Shown piece by piece: positions 25,202 to 28,181 of a DNA stretch of 28,181 nt. The stretch is from contig CAYIMB010000016.1 in NCBI GenBank assembly GCA_964364425.1, positions 1-28,181 of the forward strand, read 5' to 3'. The notes beneath the pieces are model-generated. The model did not search any database and was not told the DNA's origin. It worked only from the letters and a program-made list of their open reading frames with translations. Made by a program: the position numbers and the translations under genes. This DNA is from an uncultured Gammaproteobacteria bacterium. GTDB taxonomy: Bacteria; Patescibacteriota; Patescibacteriia; UBA9570; JBBTWU01. Each line of letters begins with the position of its first letter. Position 1 is the first letter of the stretch.

Positions 25202-27058
25202 TTATTCCACCGTCACCGACTTCGCCAAGTTCCGCGGTTGGTCCACATCCCGGCCCAACACCACTGCACAATAATAGGCAAATAACTGCATAGGCACCAC
25301 GGCCAGCATAGGCGTCAACATTTCTAAAGTCTTTGGAATATACACTACTGCATCCACCATGGACTTCACTGTCTCGTCCCCCTCTGTAGCCAAAGCAATA
25401 ATATTTCCACCGCGGGCTTTTATCTCTTGCAAGTTGGACACATTTTTCTCATAGACTGAATCACGCGGCGTCAAAATAAAACTAGGAAAACTATCATCAA
25501 TCAAAGCTATTGGCCCGTGTTTCATTTCACCACTCGGATACCCTTCCGCATGCAAATATGACACCTCTTTCAACTTCAGCGCACCTTCCATGGCCATGGG
25601 GTACAAATATTTGCGACCCAAGAAATAAAAATGTGTAAATTTGGCGTACTGTTTGGCCAGCTGGTCTAATTCAGATCGATTGGATAACACGGTTCTAAGC
25701 TTGGCTGGTATATCCCGCAACTCTTCTGCAATCCTCTTACCGGTGACTAGAGACATGCCGCGCTGACGTCCCAAAAATAAAGTGATCAGAGCCAACACTG
25801 TAAGTTGTGCCATGGTCGCCTTAGTGGAAGCCACGGCAATCTCCGGTCCAGCATGCGTGTACACACCACAATCCACTTCACGCGCAATAGTTGAACCCAC
25901 CACATTGACCACACCAATAGTTAGAGCGCCTTTGCGCTTAGCCTCTCGCAAGGCCGCCAAGGTATCTGCGGTTTCTCCGCTTTGTGAAATCACAATCACC
26001 GCCGTGTTCTCATCCAACACGGGCTTCCTGTATCTAAATTCAGAGGCGTACTCCACCTGCACGGGCAACCCGGCATATTCTTCCAACATGTACTCACCTA
26101 CCAACCCGGCATAATACGCCGTGCCGCAAGCAATAATGATGACTTGATTCACTTTACTCAACCGTTCGGCTTGTTCATTCAGCCCACCTAAGTGCGCTAT
26201 TCCCTCTTCCACAATCAAACGTCCACGCAAGGCATTTTCCACTGCGTCCGGCTGCTCCATAATTTCCTTCAACATGAAGTGTGGGTAGCCGGATTTCTCT
26301 GCTTGCGTCACATCCCAATCAACGGTTGTGGTCTGCCGGTCCAACGTTTCGTTTTGCAAGGTAGTGATTTTATATCCTGCCGGAGTCAAGGTCAGAATAT
26401 CCCCGTCTTCTACATAAATTACATCTCTGGTGTGTGGCATGATAGCCGTTACGTCTGAAGCCACCACGTATTCTCCCGGCGCCACCACGCCAAGCACCAA
26501 GGGAGAACCTAAACGAGCTGCCACAATTTTCTCTGGTTCAGCAGAAGATAAAATAGCTAATCCATACGCACCTTGGACTAAGGCCAAGGCCTCAGTCACT
26601 GCTTGCTCAAGTGGCTTTTTGTGACCCGCCTTTGGCTCGTCACTTTTCATCATCTCCTCTATTAAATGCGGCAAGACCTCTGTATCAGTTTGCGTGGTAA
26701 ACTCATGGCCACGTTCCTTGAGCATATCGCGCAGCTCATGATAATTTTCAATAATGCCATTATGTACCACAAAAATTTCACCTTGGCAGTCAGCATGCGG
26801 ATGCGCATTCAGGTCAGTTGGTGCGCCGTGGGTAGCCCAGCGAATATGCCCCACGCCTACGGTCCCCGGAAGGTCATGCTCCTGAAGTTCATTGGCCAAG
26901 TTCGTCAGCTTGCCCTGCTTTTTACACACCCCCATGGTCTTTCCATCCACCACAGCCAAGCCAGCCGAGTCATAGCCCCGGTATTCCATCCGACGCAAGC
27001 CTTCCATCAGGATTGGCTGGACGTCTTTCTTACCAATGTATCCAATAATTCCACACAT
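25202..27058 (-). CDS. glmS: glutamine--fructose-6-phosphate aminotransferase (isomerizing)
   Basis: N-terminal MCGIIGY (Ntn Cys), tandem SIS domains and C-terminal ...KSVTVE, over the full 618-aa length. Confidence 0.95.
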   Translation of the reverse strand: MCGIIGYIGKKDVQPILMEGLRRMEYRGYDSAGLAVVDGKTMGVCKKQGKLTNLANELQEHDLPGTVGVGHIRWATHGAPTDLNAHPHADCQGEIFVVHNGIIENYHELRDMLKERGHEFTTQTDTEVLPHLIEEMMKSDEPKAGHKKPLEQAVTEALALVQGAYGLAILSSAEPEKIVAARLGSPLVLGVVAPGEYVVASDVTAIMPHTRDVIYVEDGDILTLTPAGYKITTLQNETLDRQTTTVDWDVTQAEKSGYPHFMLKEIMEQPDAVENALRGRLIVEEGIAHLGGLNEQAERLSKVNQVIIIACGTAYYAGLVGEYMLEEYAGLPVQVEYASEFRYRKPVLDENTAVIVISQSGETADTLAALREAKRKGALTIGVVNVVGSTIAREVDCGVYTHAGPEIAVASTKATMAQLTVLALITLFLGRQRGMSLVTGKRIAEELRDIPAKLRTVLSNRSELDQLAKQYAKFTHFYFLGRKYLYPMAMEGALKLKEVSYLHAEGYPSGEMKHGPIALIDDSFPSFILTPRDSVYEKNVSNLQEIKARGGNIIALATEGDETVKSMVDAVVYIPKTLEMLTPMLAVVPMQLFAYYCAVVLGRDVDQPRNLAKSVTVE

Positions 27059-27074
27059 ATCCAGAGTAGTGTAG

Positions 27075-28181
27075 CTAGCTTCTGCGTGCCCGTAAATAGG
27101 CCTCCATGAACCCCTCTACATTCCCATCTAACACCGCATCCGGGTCGCTCACTTCATAGTTTGTTCGGTGGTCCTTGACCATCTTATACGGGTGCAACAC
27201 ATACGACCGAATCTGATTCCCCCATTCAGCTGACTGAAATTCTCCACGCAATACCGCCTTCTCCCGTTCTAACTCTTCCATTTGTTTTTGGGCTAACTTG
27301 GAACGCAAAACTTTCATGGCTGTAGCTTTGTTTTGGAGTTGTGAGCGTTCATTCTGACACACCACGGTAATTTTGCTGGGCAAGTGGACTATGCGCACTG
27401 CTGAATCCGTGGTATTCACCCCTTGTCCGCCTTTTCCACCGGCTCTAAATACATCTATGCGCAAATCTTTTTCCGGAATTTCAATCTCTTGTTGAGCCGC
27501 TTCACTCAGCTCCGGCAAAATTTCCACCAAGGCAAAGCTGGTTTGACGCAAAGCGTCCGCGTTAAACGGTGACTGCCTGACCAAGCGGTGCACGCCATGC
27601 TCGGATTTTAAATATCCGTACGCATATCTTCCATGCACTTCAAACATGGCGGATTTTATTCCCGCTTCTCCCCCGCGACTGGTATCAATCATTTTAACTT
27701 CCCATCCCTTCTTCTCGCAAAAGCGCAACAACATTCTGAGCAACATCTCTGCCCAGTCTTGCGCATCCACTCCACCTGCTCCAGCGTGCACGGCCACTAT
27801 GGCATTTGAAGTGTCATGCGTTTCACCTAACAACACGGTAAATTCTAAATCTGAAAATCGATCTTCAAGTGTTTGCAGCTTTTTGCGCAACGTCTCCCGA
27901 ATCTCAATTTTTGTCTCTTCTGGTTCTTGCTCAGCCAACTCAGCGTAATCTATAGCTTCTTGAACTTCTTGTTTGATTTGTTTCCAAGTGTCCAGCTCTT
28001 GTTTAATCTCAGATGCTTCACGCCCAAGAGCGCTGGCACGCTGTTGATTAGACCAAAAATCAGGAGCTGCCATGAGTCCTTCTACTTCGGATACGCGAGC
28101 CTCAAGTTGATCCTCATGAATCAACTGCCAAGTTTGATCAATCCGACCTTTCTGCTCGTTTAATTTTTGGAGATTTTCCTT
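27075..28181 (-). CDS. prfB: peptide chain release factor 2; 5' end beyond window; no programmed +1 frameshift
   Basis: SPF tripeptide (RQSPFNADALRQTS) and GGQ motif (AGGKGGQGVNT). The frame stays open upstream of the TTG at 28124 to the window edge (KENLQKLNEQKGRIDQTWQLIHEDQLE...). This aligns with the RF2 N-terminus across the region where E. coli has the CUU UGA frameshift. Confidence 0.88.
   Translation of the reverse strand, partial: KENLQKLNEQKGRIDQTWQLIHEDQLEARVSEVEGLMAAPDFWSNQQRASALGREASEIKQELDTWKQIKQEVQEAIDYAELAEQEPEETKIEIRETLRKKLQTLEDRFSDLEFTVLLGETHDTSNAIVAVHAGAGGVDAQDWAEMLLRMLLRFCEKKGWEVKMIDTSRGGEAGIKSAMFEVHGRYAYGYLKSEHGVHRLVRQSPFNADALRQTSFALVEILPELSEAAQQEIEIPEKDLRIDVFRAGGKGGQGVNTTDSAVRIVHLPSKITVVCQNERSQLQNKATAMKVLRSKLAQKQMEELEREKAVLRGEFQSAEWGNQIRSYVLHPYKMVKDHRTNYEVSDPDAVLDGNVEGFMEAYLRARRS
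27853..27861 (-). repeat. copy of over-represented 9-mer TCGATTTTC (extended AGATCGATTTTCAG)
   Basis: Exact match inside prfB. Confidence 0.6.

Noticed and set aside
27059-27074. glmS ribozyme/riboswitch upstream of glmS
   Set aside because: Only 16 bp separate the prfB stop from the glmS start. There is no room for the roughly 150-nt ribozyme.

Overview
This is a bacterial chromosomal segment with a host background of roughly 48-50% GC and a compact, mostly minus-strand gene order. Three GC-rich coding patches of about 62-66% GC interrupt it.

The core genes I recognise are smpB followed by a divergent tmRNA, then infC-rpmI-rplT, tRNA-Asp(GTC), and a long minus-strand run. That run reads DsbA-like, rpe-family, rpiB, glutaredoxin-like, a CPYS DsbA-like protein, a BlaR1-like M56 peptidase, BlaI, a DUF3105 protein, a CDF transporter and a class I FBA. 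After it come comEC split into two ORFs, glmS, and prfB, which runs off the window edge and has no programmed frameshift.

The accessory or unusual content is as follows:
- A convergent pair of giant ORFs sits next to tRNA-Asp: a 1165-aa protein of unknown function and a 797-aa PP2C-phosphatase fusion.
- A truncated large-serine-recombinase C-terminus reads into the 3' end of tRNA-Asp.
- A secreted NHL/IPT beta-propeller protein follows it.
- A high-GC island at about 12.0-15.2 kb carries an SPFH/band-7 operon.
- A small GC-rich Arg-rich ORF lies at 24.8 kb.

The most striking sequence-level signal is a 9-mer, TCGATTTTC (extended consensus aRTCGATTTTCAg). It occurs 11 times exactly on both strands, inside genes and between them, against an expectation of about 0.2. 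In a genome that encodes ComEC this makes it a candidate DNA-uptake or Chi/KOPS-like signal.

No CRISPR array, rRNA or intact transposase was seen.
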